A stretch of 64,000 bases of DNA, taken from assembly GCA_965261395.1 (NCBI GenBank), contig OZ253462.1:3008001-3072000 (forward strand), in the 5' to 3' direction. Source of the stretch: Candidatus Latescibacterota bacterium (GTDB taxonomy: Bacteria > Latescibacterota > UBA2968 > UBA8231). Of this stretch, positions 10,315 to 19,862 are shown piece after piece. A program made the translations under genes and the position numbers. Under the pieces are notes generated by a model. The model was given only the letters and a program-made list of their open reading frames with translations, did not search any database and was not told the DNA's origin. Each line of letters begins with the position of its first letter. Positions within the stretch are counted from its first letter, which is position 1.

Positions 10315-12090
10315 ATGGAACATCAGCTACAACAAGATCCGCGCTCATCCTTCAAAATCCTCCTCGCACCCGTCGTCTTGCTGTTCGCGATTTTGGCCCT
10401 GCGTCTGTTTTATTTGCAGGTTGTCACCTCGGCTGACTACGCTCGCGAGTCCGAGGAAAACCGCATTGCCCAGCGGCGCGTCAAGGCTCCGCGTGGGCTG
10501 ATTTACGATCGCGATGGCCGCATCTTGGCCCGCACTCGGCCGTTTTACACCGTCTCGTTAGAGCGCACCACGCGCAAGGACTACGACGCGGCCACCACGG
10601 CGTTTACAAAGGCCATCGGCGACCTAAAAGTAGAAGGCGAATACAGCCGCAAATATCGCACCATTCGCCTCAAGCGCGATGTTGATTTTCGCACGGTATC
10701 GATCGTAGAGGAGCGACTCAAGGCCGACTGGCCCCTGCTCGATATAGAAATCGAGACCCAGCGCTACTATCCCTACGGTACGGTAGCTGCCCATCTGCTC
10801 GGCTATATCGGCATCATCCAAGACCAAGATCTACAGGGCAAAAACGACAACGCCTATGTGCTCGGCGACTTTATCGGCAAGACCGGGATCGAGAAGGTGT
10901 ACGAAAACAGCCTGCGCGGCCGCGACGGCATGTTGTACGTCGAGATTGACGCGACTGGGCGTACGGGCCGGGAATTTCCCGAACGCGACCGGCTCCCCGT
11001 GCCCGGCGAGCCCTTGCACCTGACCATTGACTTGGAAGTGCAACAGGCGGCCGAACGCGCCCTGCCCGATAGTTTGGCCAGTGCGCTGGTCGCGCTCGAC
11101 CCACGCACTGGAGCTGTGCTGGCCTTGGCCAACAAGCCTACCTTTGACCCCAACATTTTCGTGTCGTTTCAGGCTCAAAAGGAGCGGCGGCGGGTTTTGC
11201 AGAGCAAGACCGTGCTACTCAACCGCGCCTTACACGGGCGTTATCCACCTGGCTCGACGCTCAAGATGGTCAGTGCCATAGCCGCGCTCGAGACGGGCGT
11301 CACCGATACGCGGAGCCTGTTTGAGCCCTGCTATGGTTCGCTGGCCGTGGGCAGGAGCAGGTTCCGCTGCCACAAGCGGACAGGCCACGGTGGCCTGACC
11401 CTCCCAGGGGCGATCGAGGCCTCCTGCAACGTCTACTTCTACCATTTGGCTCGGTTGCTTAGCATTGAAACGTGGCACGAGTACGCGGCCAAATTAGGCT
11501 TCGGCCAGCCGACCGGGATCGTCTCCTATCCCGAGGAATCCGCTGGTCTCCTGCCTTCGCGTCAGTACTACGAAGAGCGCGGCGGCTGGTCCTTAGGCCA
11601 TATGCTCAACCTCTCCATTGGCCAAGGTGCTGTACTGGTCACGCCCATTCAGATGGCCCGCTACGTGGCCGCCATTGCCAACGGCGGCTATTTGGTCACT
11701 CCACACATCAGCGGCGATCCCCCCCCCCGCCAACGCATTAAAGGCATTTCGCCGAAGACCTTCAACATCGTGAGAAAAGCCATGCTTCGGGTGGTGGCCA
11801 GTGATACCGGCACCGGTCGCCGAGCGCGGGTTGCCGGCGTCGCAATTGCGGCCAAGACTGGCACCGCTCAAGTGCCTAACCGAGACGATGACGCTTGGAT
11901 GGTGGCCTTTGCTCCGTACGAGAAACCCGCCATTGTCATAGCGGCCGTGGTCGAAGGGGGCGGCAGTGGTGGAGCGCGAGTCGGCCCGGTTGTGCGTGAG
12001 GTCGTCAAAGCCTTCTGCATCCAAGAGGGCATCATTGAGCCAGAAGCAACCGAGGCTGACACGCTCTTAACTAACCACGGAATGCTCTAG
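10315..12090 (+). CDS. mrdA: Penicillin-binding protein 2
   Basis: APRGLIYDRDG, YPPGSTLK (SxxK), SCN, KTGTAQ; between mreD and rodA. Confidence 0.95.
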   Translation: MEHQLQQDPRSSFKILLAPVVLLFAILALRLFYLQVVTSADYARESEENRIAQRRVKAPRGLIYDRDGRILARTRPFYTVSLERTTRKDYDAATTAFTKAIGDLKVEGEYSRKYRTIRLKRDVDFRTVSIVEERLKADWPLLDIEIETQRYYPYGTVAAHLLGYIGIIQDQDLQGKNDNAYVLGDFIGKTGIEKVYENSLRGRDGMLYVEIDATGRTGREFPERDRLPVPGEPLHLTIDLEVQQAAERALPDSLASALVALDPRTGAVLALANKPTFDPNIFVSFQAQKERRRVLQSKTVLLNRALHGRYPPGSTLKMVSAIAALETGVTDTRSLFEPCYGSLAVGRSRFRCHKRTGHGGLTLPGAIEASCNVYFYHLARLLSIETWHEYAAKLGFGQPTGIVSYPEESAGLLPSRQYYEERGGWSLGHMLNLSIGQGAVLVTPIQMARYVAAIANGGYLVTPHISGDPPPRQRIKGISPKTFNIVRKAMLRVVASDTGTGRRARVAGVAIAAKTGTAQVPNRDDDAWMVAFAPYEKPAIVIAAVVEGGGSGGARVGPVVREVVKAFCIQEGIIEPEATEADTLLTNHGML

Positions 12091-12093
12091 CTC

Positions 12094-13332
12094 ATGCGCC
12101 TGCCCCGCGGATTCGACTTCCCGCTCCTAATTGCGACGTTGGCGACCGTACTGATCGGTATCATCGCGATCTATAGTGCTACGTATCACAACGACTCCAC
12201 CGCGGTGCAGAACGCCTGGAGTAAGCAAATCCAATTCGCGATCTTGGCCGTTGTCGTGGCCTTAGCCGTCGTCTATATCCCGGAAAAGGTCATTTACAGC
12301 GTTGCTTACCTGCTATACCTATTCGGCATTGTGAGCCTAGTCGCGGTGCTGGCCTGGGGCACGGGCGACGCTACCCGCTGGTTGCGCTTGGGGCCGTTGA
12401 TGTTGCAGCCTTCAGAGTTGGCCAAGATCGCGACCATCATCGCCGTGGCACGCTATCTGAGCGACCGCAGCGTCGAACGTATCAACTCCTTTGGCGGCTT
12501 TCTCGGGGTCTTGTTACTCATATTGGTGCCGATTGCCTTGATTGTGCGTCAGCCCGACTTGGGAACCGCGGTTTCTTTTGGGGCGCCGCTTTTCCCCATG
12601 CTTTATTGGGCGGGGATGCGCAAGTTCTTCATCTTCCTCGTCATTTCTCCGCTCATCAGCGTCGTCTGCTCCTTAGATCCACTATGGCAATGGGGCACTC
12701 CTTACGTCTTCGCCACCTTCGTCGTCGGCAGCACTTTCTTAATCCACCATTTTCGTCGTCGGCTCTGGCTGACCATAGCCATGGCTCTCGTCAACACCTC
12801 GGCGGGTTTGCTCACGGTGTACTTTTTGGAGCACTTCCTGCATCCATATCAGAAGGCCCGTATTATGACCTTCTTCAATCCGGAGAGCGATCCGCTCGGA
12901 TCCGGGTGGAACATCATCCAGTCCAAGATCGCCATTGGCTCCGGAGGGCTGACGGGTAAGGGCCTCCTGGAAGGCACGCAGACCAAGCACCAGTTCTTGC
13001 CGGCGGCTCATACCGATTTCATCTTCTCGGTCATTGGGGAGGAGGGAGGGTTTGTTGTGGCCCTGATCGTGCTGAGCTTGTTCTTTTTTCTTATCTATCG
13101 GGCGCTGCACATCGCATCTACGGCCAACAATGCCTTTTATAGCCTGACGGCTGTCGGCTTGGCCGCGATGCTGACCTTCCACGTGTTTATCAATATCGGC
13201 ATGACCATCGGCGTCATGCCCATCACCGGCCTGCCGCTGCCCTTTCTCAGCTCGGGAGGCTCCTCGCTGCTGTCTAACCTCCTCGCCATCGGCTTGCTCC
13301 TCCACATCACCACCTACCGCCACGAGTTATGA
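12094..13332 (+). CDS. rodA: SEDS peptidoglycan polymerase RodA
   Basis: QPSELAK, QPDLGT, IIQSKIAIGSGG, HTDFIFSVIGEE, PITGLPLPFLSSGGSS. Confidence 0.95.
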   Translation: MRLPRGFDFPLLIATLATVLIGIIAIYSATYHNDSTAVQNAWSKQIQFAILAVVVALAVVYIPEKVIYSVAYLLYLFGIVSLVAVLAWGTGDATRWLRLGPLMLQPSELAKIATIIAVARYLSDRSVERINSFGGFLGVLLLILVPIALIVRQPDLGTAVSFGAPLFPMLYWAGMRKFFIFLVISPLISVVCSLDPLWQWGTPYVFATFVVGSTFLIHHFRRRLWLTIAMALVNTSAGLLTVYFLEHFLHPYQKARIMTFFNPESDPLGSGWNIIQSKIAIGSGGLTGKGLLEGTQTKHQFLPAAHTDFIFSVIGEEGGFVVALIVLSLFFFLIYRALHIASTANNAFYSLTAVGLAAMLTFHVFINIGMTIGVMPITGLPLPFLSSGGSSLLSNLLAIGLLLHITTYRHEL

Positions 13333-14391
13333 ATGCGCGTCGCTAGACAGGCCGTTTGCTGCGCCCTGCTCGGTGCGTTTGTCATCAGCAATCCGCAATG
13401 CGGTGCCTATCAAGCCGGGCATGCCCAGCTTGCGCAGGTCTATTTGCGCGACGGCCTCTACGACCAAGCCTTGGCCGAAACCCGCCGAGCCATCCGCCAA
13501 GATGGGCCGAACGACCGCTTGTTCCTCATCGCCGTCCTCGCCCGGTTGGGCCTGGGCGAAGTGGATACCGCGCTGGAACTGCTCGGACAAGCCATTGCCT
13601 TGGCACCGGACAACGACGATCTGTACAGGGCCCTGCGCGACATTTGCCAAAGAGAAGAGCGTTTCGCCCAAACCGAGGAACTTCTCTCGCAGCTGCACGC
13701 AGACCACGGGCAGAGCGCGTCGCTATGGGCAACCGAAGGCTGGCTCCACGCTAGTCAGGGGCGGCCCGACGTTGCCGTAGAAGCGCTGCGCCAGGCCATC
13801 CAACTCGACGAGCACCACCTCTTCGCCCACGTTGAACTCAGCCGCCTCTTGATTGCCGAGGGGCGACTCGCCGAGGCCGAAATCGCGCTCGCCGAGGCCG
13901 TGCGCATCCAACCTGATGACCCGCAACTCGTCCTCACCTTGGGGGATTGCCAACTCCGCCAGGGGCTTGCTGAGCGGGCCGCCCGCACTTTTGATCGCGC
14001 ATTGACGGCCGAGGTCGTCAGTGCAGTTGACATCGCCCGCATTTACTACGAGCGCGAACGGCCCGACCGCGCCGTTGAATACTACGAGCGTGCCTTGGCC
14101 GGTGCTCCAGACGACCCACTGATCCTCAACAACTTGGCTTGGACCTACGCAGAAGAGGGCCTGCGCCTCAGCTATGCCCTGAATCTGTCGATGCACGCGG
14201 TCAAGCTCGACGCGGAAAGCCCGGTCTATTTGGACACCTATGCGGAATTGCTGCATCTGTTGGGGCGGCACGCCCATGCGGTGGCCATTATGCGCCAAGC
14301 CCTCGCGCTCGAGCCGACCGACGGTGAGCACCGGGCCTATCTCGAAGGCCAGATGGCGAAATTCCGCCGCGCACTCGCCGCGCGCCTGTGA
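13333..14391 (+). CDS. Tetratricopeptide repeat protein
   Basis: Multiple TPR units; ILNNLAWTYA, YLDTYA. Confidence 0.85.
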   Translation: MRVARQAVCCALLGAFVISNPQCGAYQAGHAQLAQVYLRDGLYDQALAETRRAIRQDGPNDRLFLIAVLARLGLGEVDTALELLGQAIALAPDNDDLYRALRDICQREERFAQTEELLSQLHADHGQSASLWATEGWLHASQGRPDVAVEALRQAIQLDEHHLFAHVELSRLLIAEGRLAEAEIALAEAVRIQPDDPQLVLTLGDCQLRQGLAERAARTFDRALTAEVVSAVDIARIYYERERPDRAVEYYERALAGAPDDPLILNNLAWTYAEEGLRLSYALNLSMHAVKLDAESPVYLDTYAELLHLLGRHAHAVAIMRQALALEPTDGEHRAYLEGQMAKFRRALAARL

Positions 14392-14392
14392 G

Positions 14393-15421
14393 TTAGGTCC
14401 GGTAGTATTGGTAGTCGATATCGAGGTGGTCTAGCTTTGCGTACAGGCTTTTGCGCGACAACCCCACGTCTTCGGCCACTTGCGAAATCACCCCACGGTG
14501 TCGGTGCAGAGCCTCGCAGAGAAAGTGCCGCTCAAACGAGTTCCGCGCTTCCCTAAAACCGCGCTGGCTCAGGTCGGGCTCCTCTTCGTCCTTCCAATGG
14601 ATGATCTCTTCGGGCACGTCTGCCTCTCGCAACAAACTGTCCCCTGCGAGGAGGACCATGCGCTCGAGCGCGTTTTCCAACTGCCGCACATTGCCCGGCC
14701 ACGGATAGGCCAAGAAGTGGTTTAAGGCCGCGGCGTCGAGGCCGCGAATTTTGCACCCATTTTGTGCCGCTAGCCGGCGGATAAAGTATTCGATCAACAG
14801 CGGAATGTCTCCTTTGCGCTGGCGCAGCGGCGGCAGCTTGAGCGGCACGACGTTGAGTCGGTAGAAGAGGTCTTCGCGGAAGGTTCCTTTGCGGATCTCC
14901 TCCCGCAAGTCGACGTTAGTGGCGGCGATGATCCGCACATCCACCTGCAAGGTCTCCGCGCCCCCGACTCGCTCAAACTCGCGCTCTTGCAAGACGCGCA
15001 ACAGGCGTAGTTGCACGCGCATATCTGCCGCACCAATCTCGTCGAGAAACAAGGTGCCGCGATCGGCTAGCTCAAAGCGGCCTAAGCGCTGGCGGACTGC
15101 ACCGGTAAAGGCTCCTTTCTCGTGCCCGAACAGCTCGCTCTCCAATACGCCTTCGGGGAGCGAGGCGCAATTGAGCCGCACAAACGAGGCCCTGCGCCTT
15201 GGGCTGCGCTCGTGCAAGCGCCTCGCCACTACTTCTTTGCCCGTGCCGCTTTCTCCGGTGAGGAGCACGGTCGCTGGGGACTCGGCGACCCGGTCGGCTT
15301 GGGCTAGCAGGTGGCGGACTTGGGCGTTTTGGGTGATAAATTCGGGATGGTCAGCACAGCGGGGAGAGGACGAGCTCACTCGCGTAGCCGCGTCCGAATT
15401 AGCAGACGTACAAGAATACAC
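14393..15421 (-). CDS. Sigma54-dependent enhancer-binding protein (AAA+ plus HTH) with no N-terminal regulatory domain
   Basis: GESGTGKE, ESELFGHEKGAFTGA, LFLDEI, FREDLFYRLNV, WPGNVRQL, C-terminal HTH; strong SD (AAAGGGAGG) before the GTG. Confidence 0.93.
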   Translation of the reverse strand: MYSCTSANSDAATRVSSSSPRCADHPEFITQNAQVRHLLAQADRVAESPATVLLTGESGTGKEVVARRLHERSPRRRASFVRLNCASLPEGVLESELFGHEKGAFTGAVRQRLGRFELADRGTLFLDEIGAADMRVQLRLLRVLQEREFERVGGAETLQVDVRIIAATNVDLREEIRKGTFREDLFYRLNVVPLKLPPLRQRKGDIPLLIEYFIRRLAAQNGCKIRGLDAAALNHFLAYPWPGNVRQLENALERMVLLAGDSLLREADVPEEIIHWKDEEEPDLSQRGFREARNSFERHFLCEALHRHRGVISQVAEDVGLSRKSLYAKLDHLDIDYQYYRT

Positions 15422-15466
15422 AGGCAGCCTCCCTTTCTTATTTGGATGTTTAATACGAAAGTGAAT

Positions 15467-15503
15467 ATGATATGCGAATACAAACGATTGTCAAGAACAA
15501 TCG
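15467..15503 (-). promoter_or_regulatory. Putative sigma70 promoter TTGACA-N16-TATCAT with overlapping inverted repeat CGATTGT-N5-ACAATCG
   Basis: -35 at 15494-15489, -10 at 15472-15467; inverted repeat at 15485-15503. Confidence 0.55.
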
Positions 15504-15547
15504 GTATAAAAAAAACAGAAGGGGGGGATCAGGCTAAGATAGAGGGG

Positions 15548-16315
15548 CTATCGGTGCAGATCGGCGCAGATCTCGGAAACCAAGCTGTTGTAGTTGCTGG
15601 TGCCTCTCGATCCTGCGTCGTAGAGCACGACGGGCTGGCTGAAACCCGGGGCCTCGGCCAAGCTGATGTTGCGGCTGATGATCGTCTGATAGACCTTGTC
15701 GCCGAAGTGGTTGCGTACTTCTTGGGCCACGCGACGGCAAAGCTGCAAGCGATTGTCGTACAGGGTGAGTAAAACGCCCTCTATTTCGATAGTGGGGTTG
15801 AGATAGCGCCGCACCACGCGGATGGAATCGCTGAGCTTGCTCACGCCCTCTAAGGCATAGTACTCGCACTGCACCGGGATGAGCACGGAATCGGCCGCGC
15901 TCAGCGCGTTGATCGTGAGCAAGCCCAAAGAAGGCGGGCAATCAATGAGTATAAATTCGTACTGCCCCTTTACCGGGTGCAGTGCTTCGGCCAGCCTCTT
16001 GTCGCGCCCGACCATGGCGGCCATCTCCACTTCAGCACCTGCGAGGCGGATGTGCCCAGGCACTACGAAGAAGTCCTTTATATAGGTAGGGAAAGTCGCT
16101 GCGGAGGTGCTGAGCTGGCCTAGCAAAACCTCATAGGTAGAGGCGTAGTCGCTGCCGAGCGCGGCGTCGCAACTACTAGTGGCATTGGCCTGCGGGTCTA
16201 AGTCGATGAGTAGGGTTCGGTGGCCGGAAAGGGCTAGACAGGCGGCTAGATTGACAGCCGTAGTGGTTTTACCCACTCCGCCTTTTTGATTGGCGATGGC
16301 GATGATTTTGCCCAT
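15548..16315 (-). CDS. ParA/Soj family ATPase, no adjacent parB
   Basis: [54 protein letters not shown]. Confidence 0.93.
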   Translation of the reverse strand: MGKIIAIANQKGGVGKTTTAVNLAACLALSGHRTLLIDLDPQANATSSCDAALGSDYASTYEVLLGQLSTSAATFPTYIKDFFVVPGHIRLAGAEVEMAAMVGRDKRLAEALHPVKGQYEFILIDCPPSLGLLTINALSAADSVLIPVQCEYYALEGVSKLSDSIRVVRRYLNPTIEIEGVLLTLYDNRLQLCRRVAQEVRNHFGDKVYQTIISRNISLAEAPGFSQPVVLYDAGSRGTSNYNSLVSEICADLHR

Positions 16316-16507
16316 GTCGATATTTTGCCCTGTGAAAGCCTGCAAAAAGGCTCAATCAGCTAGACCGGACCGCGCCCAAGCGCGACTCCATGCTATGTTA
16401 GTGAGCAACAAATCGAGCGGGCCGACTGACCGCTCCCACAAAAAAGGGAGCCGCCAAACTGTACTCGGGGGAGTTGTACAGAAGGCCCTAATCACCGCCT
16501 CTCATTC

Positions 16508-16535
16508 AATATAAAGAGGCGTAACGGCTCGTCAA
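16508..16535 (-). promoter_or_regulatory. Putative sigma70 promoter TTGACG-N16-TATATT for parA, implying a leader of about 185 nt
   Basis: Read on the minus strand. Confidence 0.5.
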
Positions 16536-16608
16536 GGGTTTGTGCCAATTTGGTTGCAGCTAGGTAGAAAAAGAACATAAGATTATATGAAATAAATATT
16601 TATATAGT

Positions 16609-16626
16609 TCAGCAATCGATTGCTGA
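16609..16626. promoter_or_regulatory. Perfect 18-bp palindrome TCAGCAATCGATTGCTGA, candidate transcription factor site
   Basis: Exact self-complementarity in the AT-rich divergent intergenic region. Confidence 0.5.
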
Positions 16627-16711
16627 TGCTATGTCGCGAGGTTTTGGAACTGCGGCGGGTGTAGTTCCTTATTATTGTTTTTCTTAATATTAAAACCAGA
16701 AGCGAAAGACG

Positions 16712-17512
16712 ATGCAAAACGATTCCACATTCTCAGAGTTAGTTGCTATCATGGCGCGTCTGCGTGGCCCCAACGGCTGCCCTTGGGACCGCAAGCAGAC
16801 GCATGCCACGCTCAAGCCCTACCTGTTGGAGGAGACGTACGAGGCCCTCGAAGCCATTGACGCGGAAGACGACGCCGAGCTATGCAAAGAGCTGGGCGAT
16901 GTTTTGCTGCAAGTGGTGTTCCACGCCCAGATCGCGGCCGAGGAGGGTCGCTTCGACATCGAGGCAGTCGGCCAAGCCATAGTCGATAAGCTGATTCGCC
17001 GCCATCCCCATGTTTTTGACGATGCGAGTGTGGACGGGGCCGACGAGGTCTTGCGCCGCTGGGAGCAGATCAAAAAGCAGGAGCGCCAGGAGCAAGGGGA
17101 AGCCGCGCCCTCTTCGTTGGAGGGCATTCCCAAGCATCTCCCCGCCCTAATGCGTGCCCATCAGATCCAAGCGCGAGTTGCACGGCAGGGATTTGATTGG
17201 GACGGCATTGATGGCGCACTCGACAAGATCGAAGAGGAATTCGCCGAAGTGCGCAAAGCTTGGGAGACGGGTGGGGCCGCGGCGGTCGAGGAGGAGTTTG
17301 GCGACCTGCTCTTCTCGTTGGTCAACGCCAGCCGCTTCCTCAACGTAGAGCCCGAACAGGCACTCAGGCGTGCCGTTGCCAAGTTCGAACGCCGCTTCCG
17401 CGCCCTAGAGGAAGCCGTGCATGCGCGGAGCGAGGAAGTATCCGCGCTCTCACTGGTAGCCCTAGACGAGATCTGGGACGAGGTGAAAGCACGCGAAAAG
17501 GCCGAAGAATAA
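16712..17512 (+). CDS. mazG: Nucleoside triphosphate pyrophosphohydrolase MazG
   Basis: GCPWDRKQT, EETYE, ELGDVLLQVVFHAQ, KLIRRHPHVF, EEFGDLLF. Confidence 0.96.
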   Translation: MQNDSTFSELVAIMARLRGPNGCPWDRKQTHATLKPYLLEETYEALEAIDAEDDAELCKELGDVLLQVVFHAQIAAEEGRFDIEAVGQAIVDKLIRRHPHVFDDASVDGADEVLRRWEQIKKQERQEQGEAAPSSLEGIPKHLPALMRAHQIQARVARQGFDWDGIDGALDKIEEEFAEVRKAWETGGAAAVEEEFGDLLFSLVNASRFLNVEPEQALRRAVAKFERRFRALEEAVHARSEEVSALSLVALDEIWDEVKAREKAEE

Positions 17513-17521
17513 GGAGGCGAC

Positions 17522-18235
17522 ATGGAACTGGCGCTCGACAGGGTTCCCCTCCGCGTTGACGCGCTCTTTTTCGCTGCGGTCTTGGGCGTTTTGGCGCTCT
17601 CGGTGCTGGCCGTGCGCGTCGCTGTCCAGCGCGCGGGACAGGCCGCCGACCTGTGGACGATACGGGCGGCTATTGGAGCGATGCTCTGGCTGGTGGCGAC
17701 CGGGCTGGCCGCGCTCTCGGGCGAGCTGCGGAGCTTTTCGCTACCCCTCTTCACAGGCTTGATGATCCTAACGGGCGGTGCGGCCTTTTCGCGGGTGGGG
17801 GCCGTGCTGATGGCTACGGTCGGCCCCGTCGGGCTGATTGGCTTCCAGTTTTTCCGCGTGCCGGCTGCCATGTTCCTCCAAGGGATGTACCAAGCTGGGC
17901 AGGCACCGGTGCAGATGACTTACGATGGGCTCAACTTTGACATCTTCGCTGGCTTGACCGCTCCGGCCATGGCTTGGCTGGTCTGGCGCGGCAAGGCGGG
18001 ATCCTACGCGATATGGGCTTGGAATGCGTTTGGGCTGGTGCTGCTGGCCGAGGCGGTCGTCGTCGCGGCCCTCTCCATGCCGACGGAGTTCCGCGTCTTT
18101 ACCAACGAGCCGGCTAGCACGTTTGTGACCTACGCACCCTACGTCTGGCTGCCGACGGTTTTGGCACCAGCCGCCCTATTGGGTCATTTGTTGGTATTGC
18201 GCTGGCTGGTGGCAAGCTGCTCCGGGTCGAGATAA
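17522..18235 (+). CDS. Hypothetical multi-pass membrane protein
   Basis: SD AAGGAGG; several TM segments, FQFFRV, GLNFDI, PYVWLP. Confidence 0.75.
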   Translation: MELALDRVPLRVDALFFAAVLGVLALSVLAVRVAVQRAGQAADLWTIRAAIGAMLWLVATGLAALSGELRSFSLPLFTGLMILTGGAAFSRVGAVLMATVGPVGLIGFQFFRVPAAMFLQGMYQAGQAPVQMTYDGLNFDIFAGLTAPAMAWLVWRGKAGSYAIWAWNAFGLVLLAEAVVVAALSMPTEFRVFTNEPASTFVTYAPYVWLPTVLAPAALLGHLLVLRWLVASCSGSR

Positions 18236-19716
18236 TCCATGGCCGGATCGAGTTTCCAGCGGCACTGGTCGGGAGGCTGGACGGTGCGGCCCCACGCGGC
18301 TAGGATGGGCCGGTCGGCGCGGAGCGCGGTCATGCGCGCGGTGATCCACTCTGGGTCCCACCCGTCTAGGACTTCGGCTTTGAGCGCGGCCAATATCTCT
18401 TGGTGCGCCGGGTCGGCCGCTAGGTCGCAGCGCTCGCGCGGGTCAGTTTGGAGGTCAAAAAGCTGGCAGGGCTGGCCGTGGTAGTAGTTGAGCTTCCACC
18501 GCCCGCGCCGAATCATGCGCTGGAAAATGCCCTCTGCTGGGAAGGGGCCACCGGCCCCGGCCGCGTCTTGGCAGAACTCGGAGAAGGCGACGTCGTCCCA
18601 CTCGACGTTTTTGGGATCTGCGAGTAAGGGCAGGAGGCTGCGGCCCCGCGAGTTGGGCAAGTCCGGGCAGCCCAAGGCGTCGAGCATGGTCGCGTTGAGG
18701 TCGAGTGAAGAAATCACCCGGTCGCAACGGGTGCCGGCGGGCAAGCGTCCAGGCCAAGCGAGTATGGCCGGCACCTTAACCGAGTCCTCGTAAAAAGTCT
18801 GCTTCCACCACAGCCCATGCTCGCCGACCTGTTCGCCGTGGTCTGAGGTATAGAGGACGAGGGTATTTTCCTCCAAGTCGTTTTCCCGCAGTGCGGCCAC
18901 GATCTGGCCGATCAGCGCGTCCATGCGGTGGACTAGCGCCCAATAGGCGGCGCGGGCGCGGCGGATCTCTTCTTCGCTGACTTCCTCGATATCGCAGGCT
19001 TGGCGCCAGCGCTTGATGTGAGGGTGCAGGTGATCGCCGAAGGGTTCGGGGGTTTGCGGCGGGGTGATGTTTTCATAGTAGTAGCGATAGTCTTGCAAGC
19101 GGGCGACAAAGGGCTGGTGCGGCAGCATGAAACCGACCGAGAGCGAGAACGGCTCCGCGGCTTGGCCGGCGCGCTTGGCGACGCCGAGGCGATTGAGGTA
19201 GTCAACAGTCGCGGCGGTGACGTCTTCGTCGTGGACTTGGTAGGCGCTCTGGCCGTGGCCGGACAGGCGCAAGCTGACGCGACTCGGCCCGGCCGTCCCC
19301 GTGAGCTGGCCGTGATCGACGCCTGCGCCCCCGGGCTGGTTGGGGCCGTGGTCGCCGACGAGCCGCTCCGCGTACCCGTGCAACTGATCCGGTCCAACCG
19401 AGTGCATGCGACCGACGAGCGCGGGGCGATAGCCGCCCGCACCCATAGAGTGGGCGAGGGTGGGGATGCCGGAATCGAGGATGTGGGTATTGGTCCAGAC
19501 TTGGTTGTCGCAGGGGTAGCGGCCCGAGAGCATGGACATCCGCGAGGGCACGCAAATCGGTGAGGGGCAATAGGTGTTGTCGAACGCCACGCCGCGCGCG
19601 GCGAGGGCATCGAGGTGGGGGGTCTCGACTAAGGGATCCCCATAGCATCCGGCGACGTAGGGGCTGTGTTGGTCGGAGTGGATGTAAAGCAGGTTGGGAG
19701 GGGGTGCTTGGCTCAT
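18184..19716 (-). CDS. Cys-type sulfatase (choline-sulfatase-like)
   Basis: PNLLYIHSDQH, CVPSR (formylglycine motif), YTSDHGE, GLWWKQTFYEDS. Confidence 0.92.
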   Translation of the reverse strand: MSQAPPPNLLYIHSDQHSPYVAGCYGDPLVETPHLDALAARGVAFDNTYCPSPICVPSRMSMLSGRYPCDNQVWTNTHILDSGIPTLAHSMGAGGYRPALVGRMHSVGPDQLHGYAERLVGDHGPNQPGGAGVDHGQLTGTAGPSRVSLRLSGHGQSAYQVHDEDVTAATVDYLNRLGVAKRAGQAAEPFSLSVGFMLPHQPFVARLQDYRYYYENITPPQTPEPFGDHLHPHIKRWRQACDIEEVSEEEIRRARAAYWALVHRMDALIGQIVAALRENDLEENTLVLYTSDHGEQVGEHGLWWKQTFYEDSVKVPAILAWPGRLPAGTRCDRVISSLDLNATMLDALGCPDLPNSRGRSLLPLLADPKNVEWDDVAFSEFCQDAAGAGGPFPAEGIFQRMIRRGRWKLNYYHGQPCQLFDLQTDPRERCDLAADPAHQEILAALKAEVLDGWDPEWITARMTALRADRPILAAWGRTVQPPDQCRWKLDPAMDYLDPEQLATSQRNTNK

Positions 19717-19862
19717 AATAGTCCTTGTCGGTTAGGCGGTGTGCGCGATAAGGTATGCGGCTGGTCGGAGCCGAGCAAGATGGGGCGGGGCGAGGTTTTT
19801 CTCGCGCTGCTGCCTTGTGTACGTTTGTTTGAACAGCGAACCGCAAGCGATGGAGATTAGGT

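Noticed and set aside
16530-16548. Sigma54-like TTGGCACA on the minus strand upstream of parA
   Set aside because: Spacing is off by one and there is no GC at -12; TTGACG fits a sigma70 -35 better
16550-16711. AT-rich tract next to parA as a possible replication origin
   Set aside because: No DnaA box cluster, parS site, dnaA or parB seen
18184-18235. 52-nt convergent overlap between the membrane protein and the sulfatase
   Set aside because: Short tail overlap is most simply explained by stop-codon drift
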